From Ylistrum balloti (lineage: Eukaryota), in the NCBI RefSeq assembly GCF_031769215.1, contig NW_026782534.1, positions 248,001 to 312,000 of the forward strand: DNA of 64,000 nucleotides, given 5' to 3'. Under the pieces are notes generated by a model. It saw only the letters and a program-made list of their open reading frames with translations. It searched no databases and was not told where the DNA came from. Position numbers and translations under genes: made by a program. Below, piece by piece: positions 14,101 to 28,600 of this stretch (positions are counted from its first letter, which is position 1; each line of letters starts with the position of its first letter).

Positions 14101-17100
14101 AGCTATGTACCATTACTTTTTCTTTGCTGTGTCTATCAACCAATGTGGTTTTACCTTAAGATTTGCTGGGATATTGTCATTGGTCGTATGAATAAGCGTC
14201 TGATCAAGATCAACCAGAAGGACTAGTTTCCTGTTCTTCAGAAGTCGGTCTTCATCTGCTTTCCCAAGTTCCAGAGCTTGCTGTAATCAATGATTAATAA
14301 AACTGTTTATAGAATAATTCATATAGAAAATATCTGCTAATTCTGACAATAAATGTATTTCATGATTGGAGTAAGACAACATTTGACCACAGGACAGAAA
14401 CTATAACTAGTGAACTGATGATCTTCTGGTGTCAACAGTCACATGACAGAAACTATATCTAGTGAACTGATGATCTTCTGGTGTCAACAGTCACAGGACA
14501 GAAACTATATCTAGTGAACTGATGTTCTTCTGGTGTCAACAGTCACAGGACAGAAACTATAACTAGTGAACTGATGCTCTTCTGGTGTCAACAGTCACAG
14601 AACAGAAACTATAACTAGTGAACTGATGCTCTTCTGGTGTCAACAGTCACATGACAGAAACTATATCTAGTGAACTGATGATCTTCTGGTGTCAACAGTC
14701 ACATGACAGAAACTATATCTAGTGAACTGATGATCTTCTGATGTCACCAGTCACAGGACAGAAACTATAACAAGTGAACTGATGCTCTTCTGTTGTCAAC
14801 AGTCACAAGACAGTAACTATAACTAGTGAACTGATGCTCTTCTGGTGTCAACAGTCACATGACAGAAACTATATCTAGTGAACTGATGATCTTCTGGTGT
14901 CACCAGTCACAAGACAGAAAATATAACTAGTGAACTGATGATCTTCTGGTGTCAACAGTCACATGACAGAAACTATATCTAGTGAACTGATGATCTTCTG
15001 GTGTCACCAGTCACAAGACAGAAACTATAACTAGTGAACTGATGCTCTTCTGGTGTCAACAGTCACAAGACAGAAACTATAACTAGTGAACTGATGATCT
15101 TCTGGTGTCAACAGTCACATGACAGAAACTATATCTAGTGAACTGATGATCTTCTGGTGTCACCAGTCACAAGACAGAAACTATATCTAGTGAACTGATG
15201 ATCTTCTGGTGTCATCAGTCACAAGACAGAAACTATAACTAGTGAACTGATGCTCTTCTGGTGTCACCAGTCACAAGACAGAAACTATAACTAGTGAACT
15301 GATGATCTTCTGGTGTCAACAGTCACAAGACAGAAACTATAACTAGTGAACTGATGATCTTCTGGTGTCAACAGTCACAGGACAGAAACTATAACTAGTG
15401 AACTGATGCTCTTCTGGTGTCAACAGTCACAGGACAGAAACTATAACTAGTGAACTGATGATCTTCTGGTGTCAACAGTCACAGGACAGAAACTATAACT
15501 AGTGAACTGATGATCTTCTGGTGTCAACAGTCACAGGACAGAAACTATAACTAGTGAACTGATGCTCTTCTGGTGTCAACAGTCACAGGACAGAAACTAT
15601 AACTAGTGAACTGATGCTCTTCTGGTGTCAACAGTCACAGGACAGAAACTATAACTAGTGAACTGATGCTCTTCTGGTGTCACCAGTCACAAGACAGAAA
15701 CTATAACTAGTGAACTGATGCTCTTCTGGTGTCAACAGTCACATGACAGAAACTATAACTTGTGAACTGATGCTCTTCTGGTGTCAACAGTCACAAGACA
15801 GAAACTATAACTAGTGAACTGATGCTCTTCTGGTGTCAACAGTCACATGACAGAAACTATAACTAGTGAACTGATGATCTTCTGGTGTCACCAGTCACAG
15901 GACAGAAACTATAACTAGTGAACTGATGCTCTTCTGGTGTCAACAGTCACAGGACAGAAACTATATCTAGTGAACTGATGATCTTCTGGTGTCACCAGTC
16001 ACAGGACAGAAAATATAACTAGTGAACTGATGTTCTTCTGGAGTCAACAGTAATAAATTATTGAAGTGTCATGACTATATTTTTTGTGTAATTAAAAAAC
16101 CTACACCTAAGTTAGCTTGCTCTTTCGTAACTCAGAATTTCAACTTCAAAATTATCCTGTGACTTTTGCTGTCATGATGGCATTCACAGGAAGGACCTGT
16201 ATTCTACCATGTGTATTGAATAATAATAAGTGATTGTGCTAGGTGTATTGAAAAGTTTATGTAGATAAGTCATAAAATGCTTTTTGTATCTGTTCAAGTT
16301 TGGAACTATATTTAGAGTGCTAATATGTGTGTATGTCACCTAGCTTAATTCAGTGTTACATCAACATCAATTTAAAAATAAACTGTATTTTCACTTGAAA
16401 AAAAAAAACCAAAAGTGATGAGTTTTTCTTCTCCCTTTCCAAAATACATCTAACCTTTTTAAGACATTGAGCTGGAGGCCTACCACATGCTATCAAGTAA
16501 AATTGTGAAGGTGGGGTGAAGTATCTTGCTCAAAGATAAAACAATGGCTGCACAGGATAGGTCATGATCTCAGCTTATAGAAAACATGAGTATCAGTAAA
16601 ACTGATGAATGCTCCCCGGAAACAACTTTATTGGACACAAAATCTGAACAATGGGCCATAACTCTGTAATTATGGGGTTGCAAGCCCTTAATCTGGTTTG
16701 GTGCACAGTCTTATTATGATCAATGAATACAACAAGATTCATTTTCCTAGCTCTAATGAAAGCAAATTTACGCTCTGGACAAGTTATTTCAATGAAGGAC
16801 AATAGCACTATAATTGATGGATTGAGGGTCCTGAATTTTGTAGACTGCATATCGTCTTCATATGATCAATGTATACACCAAGTTTTGCTATCCTAGTTTA
16901 AATGCAAGCAAAGTTATGCTCCGGACACAAAATTTTAACAAAGGGCAGTAACTCTGTAATTGAGCGGCCAAGGCTCTGAATTTAATCACATCACATCCCC
17001 TTAGTATGACCAATGTATACACCATGTTTTTCATGATCATTGCTTCACTGTAGGCAAAGGTATGCTCCAGACACAAAAGGACAGACAGGAAGAAGGACGG

Positions 17101-20100
17101 ACAACGGGAGCATAAAAACAGAAATCACCTCAGAATGTGATGCACTACCATCAGATTTATAGTGGCATCTCTTCGAAAAATTATGGTAACATCATATCAA
17201 GCTGGTGGCTCTGTTGAAGAAGACACATGTTCCAATACTAGTAAGGACAATCTGTGGACCATAAACACAATAGTGAGAGTCCTCCCTGGATTCCACTTTC
17301 TATTCAAGAGAAACAGCAATAACAATACTTTCAAGATGGCTGCAGTGGCAGATATCACAAATGCAACCCAGATCCTTAATACAGCCAGGATCATCTGTGG
17401 ACCATACACAACACATCAGTGAAAAATCTGTGTCAATAATCAGATCTGGGACAACAAAAAATAAATATCTTTTACCTCCTCACTGACAATCAATTCAGGG
17501 ATGCTGTGGATCATTGCCACAGAAGCAGAAACTGGGGCCCGTCGATCTCCCGCCAAACCAGCTTGTCTAAAAAAGAAGAAAAACCAAATTTATTTGTACA
17601 AGTTAATAAGGAAGGTAGTTCATCTTGTTTTGTCAGTTAAATGGTCTTACCTTTTACATATTGGTTTAAATATTGATTCTTACATGGATGTCCATATTAT
17701 TCTTATTGATACTTGTAGGAACAAGACAATTCACATAATTTGTATGTAGAAACAATTCATCTGCAGATAAGTATTTCAACAGACACTATGAGGTGGATGC
17801 AAGACAAATATACAGTTTAAGGTGGATGATGGACAGACAACTTGAAGTGTGAGGTGGATGATGGACAGACAACACATAGTGTGAGATGGATGATGGACAG
17901 ACAACACATAGTGTGAGATGGATGATGGACAGACAACACATAGTGTGAGATGGTCAGGATCATGGAAAGACAACATACAGTACATGGTGTGAGGCAAATG
18001 ATGGGCAGACAGAAAACACACTGTATGAAGTGGACGACAGAAAGATCTAGACAACACACAGTGTGATGTGACAATAATGGACAAACAACAGAAATTATGA
18101 ATAATCTAGCATGTTTATTTTCACTTATACAGCTTTAAAATGACGTTTGTATGTTCAAGTAAATATATTTATTGTAACAATCATCCTAAACAGAAAACAT
18201 GACTTTACAAAAATATACCTACTCTCTCAAATCCGCACCGCAGTCAGCACACATGTCCTTCATCACAGTAGGGTGGGTACATGACTGTAGCTGCATCAGA
18301 GGACAGCTGGAAAAACAACAATTTCATGAGGAATTGTTTAACTTTATTTCTAACTTTGTGTAACTCAACAGTTGTGATATTTTCCGTTTAAAACATTCCA
18401 GTTGATTTTCCTTGATATTGAACCAATGCAATATTGTTATGTTTCAATTTATTTATTATCGAACAGGTTTACAATTTTCAATCCATACCATCAAACCAGC
18501 CAGGCTAAAATCAATCTGTAAAGTACCTGTAATAATAATTGCACCTCACTCTAAGAGTCTGACGTATAACAGTTTCAGTCTATGATTAATGCTTTGAGTG
18601 TTATGTTGTGCAATAATGATCATCGATTAATTCCTACAACGAGGATATCACTTCATATAAAATGACCAGTAGTGTATGTGATCTGTAGACCTAGTTTAAA
18701 TAAGAAAAAGTCTCAATCATTCATGATGACCATGACTTTTGGATATTTGTACAATTTGTGTTCACATATGTAAAATATTTGTGGTGTCTCCCTCATTCCA
18801 ATGCAACAAACCAGATTTGCTACCTTGGCTGACAATGTCTGTCAAATCCTGAATCATCTGAAGACTTTGGTTATCATATGTACATGACACTGGACTACAA
18901 GAAATTAATCAGTTCAAATATCACTATGTTAAAATCTTGTAAATGAGTATAGGACATACTTTATTCTTCTTAATCAACAGTGGTTCATCGTTCAATCGAA
19001 TCAGAAACCATTGGCACATTTGCTTTCCTATTGTGTTCAATGTGGAACTGTTGAAGTTCCTGAGAGCAATTGTTTTGTATAATATAAGCAGACTCCAGCT
19101 GGTTGACCTACCTGGCAGTGACTGATAAATAAGACAACAAAAAAGAGATCTAATGTCAGGGTTAATATTGCCAATGATTTGGTAGTCCTTCATAAATTGA
19201 TTCCTAAGGAATACAGAGTCCAGATCAAAAACAGCAATTATGCTGAAGGAAGAGATGACTGGACAACATCCGTTTGTAGATATCTTCCAATGGATGTTGT
19301 CTAGTGTTCTATACCTTCATCTCAGACTGATAAAGAATATAACAGGGTTGTATGACTAGTTTTGGAAGATCTTGAACTAGCAGTAGTCTAAAACCCTAGT
19401 GCCATACCAGAGGAACACCAACATTTGACTGGCCATATAAGCTTTAAGGTGACATAATATGATGTTCACCAGCCATTCACTGGACAACTGTTCTGGTGAT
19501 AGCAGATTTCAATCTGTCATTTCTGGAATTCCATCATTTGTGTATGTGAAGATGAAAAGTTTAGCATGGTCATCCTCTAACTATCAATTCAGCGATGCTG
19601 TAGACAACATCAGTCCTCTAGACAATTTCACCTTTTGTTAGCACTGTTTGTTGTAGTATTTAAATTATAAATCCAATCAACCAGAACCTCAAGAAGTGAC
19701 AGCTGGTGATGCATGGTGTCACAGTATCTCAGCCAAAAAAGGAAGTTCAGTATGTATACAGTATATGTAGTGTAAAATTTGTCCTCACAAAGTAATATAA
19801 CAGTTTTGGAATCATTCATTAATTGCCCTTCTAGGTAGTGCAGAACTCACAATAAAACCTAGCTTAAATGAAGCAAGTGTGATTCATTGACAATACTGTT
19901 CAATATCAATCTTTATTTTTAAACTTCAACATCGACACAGTTTGACTGTAGCCGTTCACATGAACAACATGCACCATCACCATTGCTTATATAGAGTAAA
20001 ACCTCTGTATAATGCAGTACAATCCAACAAGCAATATCTTAGGCATCTCAAAACTTAACTTCCCATAGTAAACTTTCATGCATTTTTGCTTTTATAAAAG

Positions 20101-20990
20101 TGGTCAGGCAAGCTGATCCATGTGTGACATTTTACAATCAATACATCTTGAACTTTGAAGTAATAAACTCAAACATCGCCACACAGACAGACCTTAGCCA
20201 GAATCTAGCTAATTAATACATCATAAGATGGAGGGCAAACGTGACAACCATATATACACATGGTCAATCAAGACATATGAAATGATACTACTGAAACACT
20301 ATAGAAAAACACTTAGCATATGTCTACAATAGACCTTCCTTATCTATGGTTTCTGTATCCTTGAAGATGGTATGTGTAAAAGTGTTCTCCTGAATTTCAT
20401 TACTCCTTCCATTTACGTATTTGCTACAATTGACCACTCCAAGAGTAAAAGTTATATTGAGACTTTATCATGGAAGTATCGACTTTTTAAAGGATGGGGC
20501 AATGTAGAAATTGAAAGTTGGGATCGCCTTACAAGCATATGCGTTGGCTAGCGCGAATTTCCATTAAGTCGAGTCGCAGATCTAGAGTGTCCATCTAGAG
20601 TTCGAAGGTTCGCGGTTCGAATCCCACCAGGGGCAGTGTGTTTTTCATTAATCCTTCCTATTATAAATTACAAATCTTTTAATGAACATTAAACAGAAGT
20701 ATATTACGTGTACTGCATATATATGTATATAATAATAGTGACTGACGATATCTTTTCGACAGTGAAATTAGTATTAGTTATTACCCTGGCTCCAAGAGTT
20801 CCCCTTCTTTGACTAAGATGTCAACAACCGTTCCAACTTCGGTTGCCTTTATTTTAAGTCCCTTCGCATTACTTGTATCATAAGTGCATAAAACAGCGCC
20901 GTGTGAAACTTTGTATCCTTTTCTAACTTTCCATTTCGCTATCTTTATAGAGCAATCTCGTGGAGCGCAAACTTTCCTGGAGGACTCCAT
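11169..20990 (-). CDS. CTDP1: RNA polymerase II CTD phosphatase FCP1; coding exons 20990-20785, 18306-18223, 17566-17476, 14280-14155, 13719-13472, 12864-11169 (816 aa)
   Basis: All junctions GT-AG with matching phases (2451 nt). Motifs CTHPTVMKDMCADCGADL, RKLVLLVDLDQTLIHTT (DxDxT), LFPCGDYMVCIIDDREDVW, BRCT-like VLKGCNIVFSG...THVVAA...VTPNWLW, and an acidic C-terminus. Confidence 0.95.
13341..13450. repeat. 24-bp tandem repeat (~4.5 copies), CTDP1 intron 5
   Basis: Unit attttatcaattgctgatgtaagc. Confidence 0.75.
14389..16052. repeat. 52-bp minisatellite (~32 copies), CTDP1 intron 3
   Basis: Highly homogeneous unit acagaaactataactagtgaactgatgctcttctggtgtcaacagtcacagg; period 52 (agtgaact at 14461 and 14513). 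Confidence 0.95.
16582..17118. mobile_element. Second Helentron-like non-autonomous element
   Basis: AAACATGAG start, sub-terminal inverted repeat ATGCTCCC (16609)/GGGAGCAT (17106) followed by an A-run, internal diverged repeats (ggacacaaaa...aactctgtaatt twice) and a gacagacag-type tract near the right end. Confidence 0.55.
17800..18075. repeat. ~32-bp degenerate tandem repeat, CTDP1 intron 2
   Basis: Unit gtgtgagatggatgatggacagacaacacata. Confidence 0.8.
20565..20646 (+). mobile_element. tRNA-derived SINE-like head / tRNA pseudogene
   Basis: B-box-like GGTTCGAATCCC followed by accaggggcagtgtg and a T5 run; T-stem and acceptor stem pair poorly, so it is not a functional tRNA. Confidence 0.4.
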
Positions 20991-22647
20991 TTTGCAACTC
21001 CGCAGTAAAATATCAAAAGATAAATAATATTATCGAATATATTTTGATAATAAAATAATAATTTTAGTGCAAATTTTATATATATTATATATTTGTAAAT
21101 CCAGTTAAATTTGAATACTTTACATATTTATGAAATATAATTATTCCAATATTAACTAATCGAAATGACATGAAATCTTAGTTCCGCAGTCAAGCGCTAA
21201 ATTTGAGTTGGATGTTTAGAGCGGAGATTAACAGCAGACTATTGTAAACAAAACATTGGAAAGAATGGCCACAACGACAGGCAGATGATACACCCTGCAT
21301 TGTATGGTTAGAAAGTTTCACATAGAAAATACCAAGATGATAAACCTGTTTCTAAAAGCTTCACTATCGGGCTAGCAATTCGTCATATCTATCGCTCGGG
21401 CTTTACGATATTAATTTTGTCGTTCGATGATCTTGTAGGCCTACAACTGCAGTTCAATACCGTGTATCAAATAGTTTTTTTATGAATTGCCTATCTACAA
21501 TTTCTATTGTTCTGTCGTTAACAAGTTTTCGGATGACGTATACCTCTGATGCGACGATACATCGAAGCAAAGACCTGCCGTACTTGCACCAGAAGTAATA
21601 GTACAGTCTTGTCGACATCGGTTTCGGACTGGATATGTTTTTGAGCGGCCATTTTGTTTAATAACATCAACTTCATGTATAAGGACCCAAGTAACTCGTT
21701 TACCAATTCATGGTAACATATGATAATAATTTTCATAGACAAGTCTGTAATTTTACTTATTACACCTTTTCATGGTATGGATAATGGGATAACTATAAAT
21801 TGCCTCTCAGATGCCAGTGATTTGTCATCATGATCTGTTTTCATTAAACCACACACCTTCTTGTGCATTTTTCGCTATACAGAAGCTTAAACGCCAAATG
21901 CCAAATTTATGTTGTGAAATAGCATTTTTATTACCTTTTATACATTATACTATTGAACAAAATTTAACTAATGAGTTATTTATTGTGCCAGTAGTATGAA
22001 ATAAAAACTCAATTGATGGAATTTTGAGTGTAAAAAATGAACAATCAAATATGGCTTATTTGAAAATGCGAAAAAGAAAAACTAAATAGGAAATGAAAAC
22101 TAGTTTTCAATATAAGATTCACAAGCAAGCAAAACTATTATCATCTTTTTTACATCAAAATGTCATCCCTGTTCAAATGGCAGTACTAGTTCTATGTTCA
22201 AAAGTTAATGTGCTGACAACTTTTGCTAAGTGAGCTCATGTTTACATATAAGTTAATAATATTTGAAAGCAATACTGAAACTGATGCATTGAGGATACTG
22301 TACTGTATTCATCACATTATCGAGATAATAAAATTATGTGTTGATAGTAGTATTCTGGCCTCAGCTATTGAGTTTTCATATTTAATAGGTACCTCATTAG
22401 AAAGTGGCCATGCTCGAAAAACTATGAAATTTAGTTTTATATATTTTTCAAATGGAAGGGTTAATGACCAAAACATTGATTGATATATCACTGATGATGG
22501 CTTGTCGAGGCACATTACTGCATGTAACATGGGATAGTCAGACTAAAATGTATAACTAGGCAATATCTTTGTTGGTTTCTTTGCTCCATAAGGGAATAAA
22601 AGCCGAGACATATGTATTGAGGAATGATTTACATGTTTTGATTATAG
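20991..22647. promoter_or_regulatory. Likely bidirectional promoter / 5' region shared by CTDP1 and CENPL
   Basis: Divergent start codons 1.67 kb apart, local CpG enrichment, YY1-like GCGGCCATTTT at 21645-21655. The CENPL ATG exon has its own acceptor at 22646-22647, implying an upstream non-coding exon. Confidence 0.5.
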
Positions 22648-22659
22648 AAAGATAAAAAG

Positions 22660-25600
22660 ATGACAAGTGGAGTCTCAGAGCAGACACCCACTAACAGTGT
22701 GGGGAAGTCCTTGGTATCGCACAGTATCAGAAGAAGTACTCGACGCTACACACCATATGGCAAGACACCTCAAAGCCGAAGGATTGCTGTGACAGGTGAT
22801 TAAGTTGATCCTTCTTGATGAAACATGCAGTGGGTTAGTCCACAACCTAGTTTTCCAGAATCATTGTAACATAAAAGATCTTGACTAATAAGGTTAATAT
22901 TCTCATTTATTTTCATCATCAGTTTTATTTCATCACCAGTGATACCAAAGGGAATAGAAATATATCCTCTTACATGATACCTCCTTATTTTCCTGTGGGA
23001 CTCGCTCTAGTTTTAAGAACACGTTGTATCATTGGACATTCTCGGAAAAATCCTTCAAAAATTACTGAGCATTTTTGAAATACTCAAAACTGCAAATTTG
23101 ACACTTGACTTCTTCTTAGGATGTGAAATTTTCACTGAAAACAGTAATTCTATCCCACTAAATACAAAGTAATTACCCTTGGTCTATCATTTTTTGAGCC
23201 TATTCTCCTGTATGGTATATCATTTACAAATACCAAACATTCATTTGTAACTTTACCCAGATAGGTTTTTAAATGTTGTATTGATATAAACTAGCATGCT
23301 CCACTTTATTATTTTGATTTTGTACATAGGACTTTTTCAGATTTCTAGGAAAATTAAATCTTGTTGCTTTACAATTAGAAAACTACAATCGGTCAATTCA
23401 ACATTTACATGTATATTTTACATTCTGTATAATTTGCAGCACCCAGATCAAGAATTCAAAGAACACCAACATCAAGAAAATCAGGTAGATATTCAGAAGA
23501 ATCATTTTCAGGGATTTAAATCTACAATTAAACATTAAAATCTACTTTGTTTAGGTTATTAGAGATATCTAATGAAATATCAACAGTCTACTATGTTTAG
23601 GTTATTAGAGATATCTAATGAAACATCAACAGTCTGCTTATGTGAAATACCTTATTTAAAAAAATTCACATATATCAAAGCATTAGCATTTTACGAAACA
23701 ACATTTCCTCTTACCCTCTGCTGAGGGGTTTTTACACCTAAATTTCATCCTGTACTTCTGTTTTTGAAAATCTACAAAGGGTAGAGAAAGTTGCAAATAT
23801 TTTGTTTTTTATCCCCAAATTTGAACTACAATGGAAACATTTAAAGTTTTGGCATATTGATTTTGGTTTTACTCGGATCATGGGGCAGGTGGAAGTATTT
23901 TATTGTTTTGAAAGCTCATATAAAAATTTCTTTTTGAAACATTCTTAAATGGATTGTAGATATTTATATAGTTAATCATTATTAGTAAATTCTGACATCA
24001 GTTATTACAGGTAATGTGTAACTATGAGGCTTGATTATATACTAGCCGAAAAAAGAAACTGTGTATGTGTAAAATGTTCATGTATTGCTCAATTTTATCA
24101 ATTAAAGCTTGAAACTTTACACAGGTAAGTTGTGTATGCCTCTCCATCATTAACACTGGCCAGCGCATGTGTTGCACAGGTAGTCTGTCTGTCTGGCCCA
24201 CATCTTCGTTTTTATGTTCTTTTTCGGCCAGCAGTCAATTGATACAGTACGTAATTGATTGCTCGAACGAGGCATATGACCACAATGTCCAGCCGAAGGT
24301 CACATTCACCAGCAACGTCATCGTGTAGAACGTTTAGCCTGGTAGTAGACGACACATACACTTCAGGCAGCAGGACTGGGCAAGTGTTATTTGCTCGGAT
24401 GAGTTCAGGTTTCATCTCCACATCAGTGACAGTCATTCTAGAGCGTATCGTCGTGTTGGTGGACAATTCCATGACAGTGATGTGATTCAATGAAGTCCAT
24501 TTGGCAGCGGTAGTGTCATGGTGTGGGATGGCATCTTATTCCATGGCAGAACAGCTCTTGTGGTTGTGAACAGCACACTGACAGGCATCAGATACCCCAG
24601 AACAATGTGAAGGTGCTGTCCTGGCCAGAAATGTCACAGAATTTGTAGCCTATAGAATATTAGTTAGATGAGATGCACCATTCCTTACATTATCTCCAAA
24701 ATCAACCGTTAGTGTACCTGGTATTTCCTGACCTGTTACTTGCACTTGTGAGAATATGGAATGATATTCCCCAGGTTTTTTCCAGCACACTTGTCATATC
24801 ATTGCGGCATCATTGTCAAGCATGCATTGATTCCAATGGTGGACATACCTGGTATCGATGAGCTAAGCTTTGTTTAGTGAACATCTATGAAAATTTATCT
24901 CTATCCAAGACGCTGCTGATGCAATAACCATATCTGTTGAGCAGGTGTTAAATAAAGGTCAGATAAAACCCTGTTGAAAATTTTTTGGTGATTTTTTATA
25001 TACCTTCCAAGTTATTTGATATTTATATTATGCAGTTTCTTTTTCCTGGAAGTATATTTACAATTTCAGTAAGGATTTATTTTTTTACTAAGTATACCAA
25101 AAGAAAAATAAAGAGTTTATTATGAAAGATTTACTCTATTCTGACCAATCTCAAAATTCTTCACATGCTGATAGGTCACTTTAGTTGATGCAGACAATGA
25201 TTTGAAGAAAAACATATGAGATGTTTCATTTACTGTATATTTCAGACAGAGTAAGTGAGAAAGAGCAACAGAAAGATTTCAAAGGTAATGGATTATTGTT
25301 TTACTTGTCCACGTCATTGACCTTATATGTCGTCTCAAGTCAAGTTAATTCATACTGAATGAGTAATCAAGTCTTAACATGAGTAGTAAATGTGTGAAGC
25401 ATTCCACTGAAAAGTTATTTTACACTTTAATGAAGGACTAAAGGTTTTTTAGTTGGTGATGATGATTATGGAAATATCAGTTCTGTGCTTGAGTTCAAAA
25501 GGTGGCCTCAGAGACTCTTTGTTGATTTCAATGACACCCAATCATGGTCAAAGTGTATTATTTTCATGTTTTGTTGTATGGCTTGCCATGTTGCAGAATC

Positions 25601-28600
25601 AGAGTTATTTACCACAACTTGTTGTTCTAATGATATGAAATATTTTAGGCTTGACAATGAAAACCTGGCGATCCTTCAAACTGACACCTCTATATGGGTT
25701 TAGTAGTAATCCAAGAAATCTGAAGAAGATCGCCAATGCTCTCTCTGCACACATAGAAGCGGTAAGTTATGTGGCACCAAAATATTTCAACAAAAGTAAT
25801 ATCTTTCTGCTTCCTTGTTCGATTAAGGTAAAATACACAACTACATCTGCATGTGTAACCGTTAAAGTTTCTAACACCAGATTATTATCACTGAATTTAA
25901 GCAAAGCCTCCAGGTCACAACATTAGTTTCATCCCCAGGTTACAGCATTATTTGTTTTGTCCCCAGGTTACAGCATTAGTCTAGTAACTGGGCTACAACA
26001 ATAGTCTAGTCCCTTAGTTACAGCATTAGTCTTATCCCTTGGTTACAACATCAATCTTATCCTTGCATTACAGCATGAACCTGGTCCCTGGACTACAACT
26101 ATAGTCTTGTTCCTGGATTACAGCAATAGTCTAGACCCTGGACTACAGCTTTTCCTCCTGTGTAACACACCTTAAAAGTTTTATATATATGTATATAAGT
26201 CAGTAATTGTGCATTTTCACCAAACTGGGTATGAAGGTTAAATAGGGTCTCCATCTCTCCTTTGCATTAATTTTGACGTTTTTTGAACTTTCATGCATTT
26301 GGGTTCTAGAGCATATATTGAAGAGTCTTTCTTTCCTGAACAACAGAGTTTATGCACATCCTGGTCAGGCTGTGTAGAGAATGCTAAAACAGGATCTCCG
26401 ATGGATTAAACTTCCTCAGTGTGGAGTGTTTTAAATTGTTGTAAATCCTGGTCAGGCTGTGTAGAGAATGCTAAAACAGGATCTCCGATGGATTAAACTT
26501 CCTTATATCACATTTAAAACATAATCTGCCGTTAAAAGTTTCCTCAAAAGACTTGTAGTCTCTTAATGAATATTCTGATTCATAAGTTTTCCTACATAGT
26601 ATCCAGGTGTATTATTGTAAAACAATATTTTACATTTCAAAGTAAAGATTCTTGAATCCATATTGTTTATATGAAATGCATGTATATCCAGGAAGTTCCC
26701 ATTTAGAAGTGTATTTAGTGTGTTCAAAAAATAGATACACAACTATTTAACAATCTTATTGCTATTCCAGTAAAACATCTATACCATCCCCAGACGACAG
26801 GGTTTGTTCTGGGGTATTAATCACCAATAGAATTTAAATGATTATTTGCCAAGACATCTTACACAAGAAATCAAACCATGAATGATAAAAGAGATACATT
26901 CCAGAGTCATGGGACCACTTGGATGTTTTACAGAAATAGCCCTTATTTCTTGTTTTGTAGAATTATCTGAAGTCTTTACCAGGCTTCATGTTTGATTAGA
27001 TACTATGGATGCTTCTGCTGTGAAGTAATTTGGATTTCAGGAAAATGTTTTCATTTCAAAAATGATTGAAATAGTAGTAGACTTGATCGAAGTCTTCCTG
27101 GATATTAGAACACAGTACTCATGAAATGAAAAGAGAGGGATCTACTTTCAGTAATCTCTATTTTCAGGAAAAAAGAAAAGGCATTTTTATGGACAACACT
27201 CTGATGGGCAAGGCATACATTAGTATTTACAAAGATCTCAAAGTGACAGAGGGTGAGTCTCATGTGATGTTCACATTTTAAGAAGTATGTTCAAATGATA
27301 AAATACAAAACAGTCCTTATCTCAAGATAATGCTTAGCCTTATCATAATGGTTTGTTTCTGGACAAAATCTTGACTGATTTTTTCAGCCTTTTGGTAATC
27401 AGTCTAAATTCCATGATAAATGTAAATTTGTTATTGATTATACAATTTCTCATACAGTTGATCCGGAAGCAATCCAGATTATAGTTAAAGGGAAAAATGC
27501 AACTGGTGAGTCTTTTTTTTTTAATGATTGAAATCACAATGTTTTCTTCAAAATTGAAAAATGCAAAATTCTAATAACAACTTATTAATCTTATAAGATA
27601 AATACACCAGTGAGAAATGATTGAACCTTACATTTATTTAGTTTGACATCCTGTAAATTTTTATTTAAGAATATTAAAAAATTTGTTGAATTTACACCAT
27701 AATCTCTACGCCAGATCAAATTATGGTGGTCCTCAGTTAAAGGGCCAATGTTAATGATTACATTTGACAACCTCGCCAAGAATAAAGATTTTTTTTATAA
27801 AATTATCTTAAGAGATCTTCAAGTTGATTTTTTGTTTTGTTTTTTTTTGTTCCAGGAGAAGACACCATACAACTGACAGCTGTGTTGTGTGGTGTGGATA
27901 TGCAAGAAAACCATATCAAGGCTGCCATGCGTGAAAACTTTACTTATTTTCCAGTCATGTTGGTGAAAGCATCACTCTCTATGTGTAACGCTGTCACTAG
28001 ATGGCTTGAGGTACTCAATTGGTATTTCATTTGATCACATAATCTGCCTGTTATCTGTTGAATTCTGTGTAACATTTTTGTGTGTATCTTGTTAGTGAAA
28101 TATACCATGAAGTGTTTTTCATCGACTGATGTCATAATGTGCAGAGTGCCATCTTGGAATTTGACTCTATATGTTTCTGTTGCAATTACTGGAAAAATCC
28201 TTGATGGACATTTCTCATATTTCATATGAAGATTTCCCGTAGTCTCCGGTTTAAGTTTTTAACTGTATTTCTTTACTGTTATTTCAATTTTCATGTGTAA
28301 GTTTCCTTTGTTGCAAACAAACTCACTGGTCAGTATTATAAATAATTACAATGATTGCAATGTTAGAGCAAAGAAGAGATAATAGATAGAAAAATCTAAA
28401 GTACCTATTAATATCAAACAATGGTGGGTACTAAGATCCTTCTGTGTTCTCTTACGTTCTCTGGTTTCATGCTACGTTTGTGGTACACACAGATGCAGTA
28501 CGACTGTAAAGTGACTCCTCTCTCTCTGTCTTCCTATGATTTGGCCTGGATGGTGTCCATGTGGAGCGGAATGAAAAATGAAAGTATGTATGCATGCATT

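Noticed and set aside
18820-19650. Possible degraded LINE RT in CTDP1 intron 1
   Set aside because: Motif hints (DDxxKL, SLP) are too eroded to call by eye.
20545-20640. Functional tRNA gene
   Set aside because: B-box present but no cloverleaf pairing or clear anticodon arm; kept only as SINE-like.
21518-21653. Small minus-strand ORF MAAQKHIQSE... upstream of CTDP1
   Set aside because: No homology recognised; the ATGGCCGC context is better explained as a YY1-like promoter motif.
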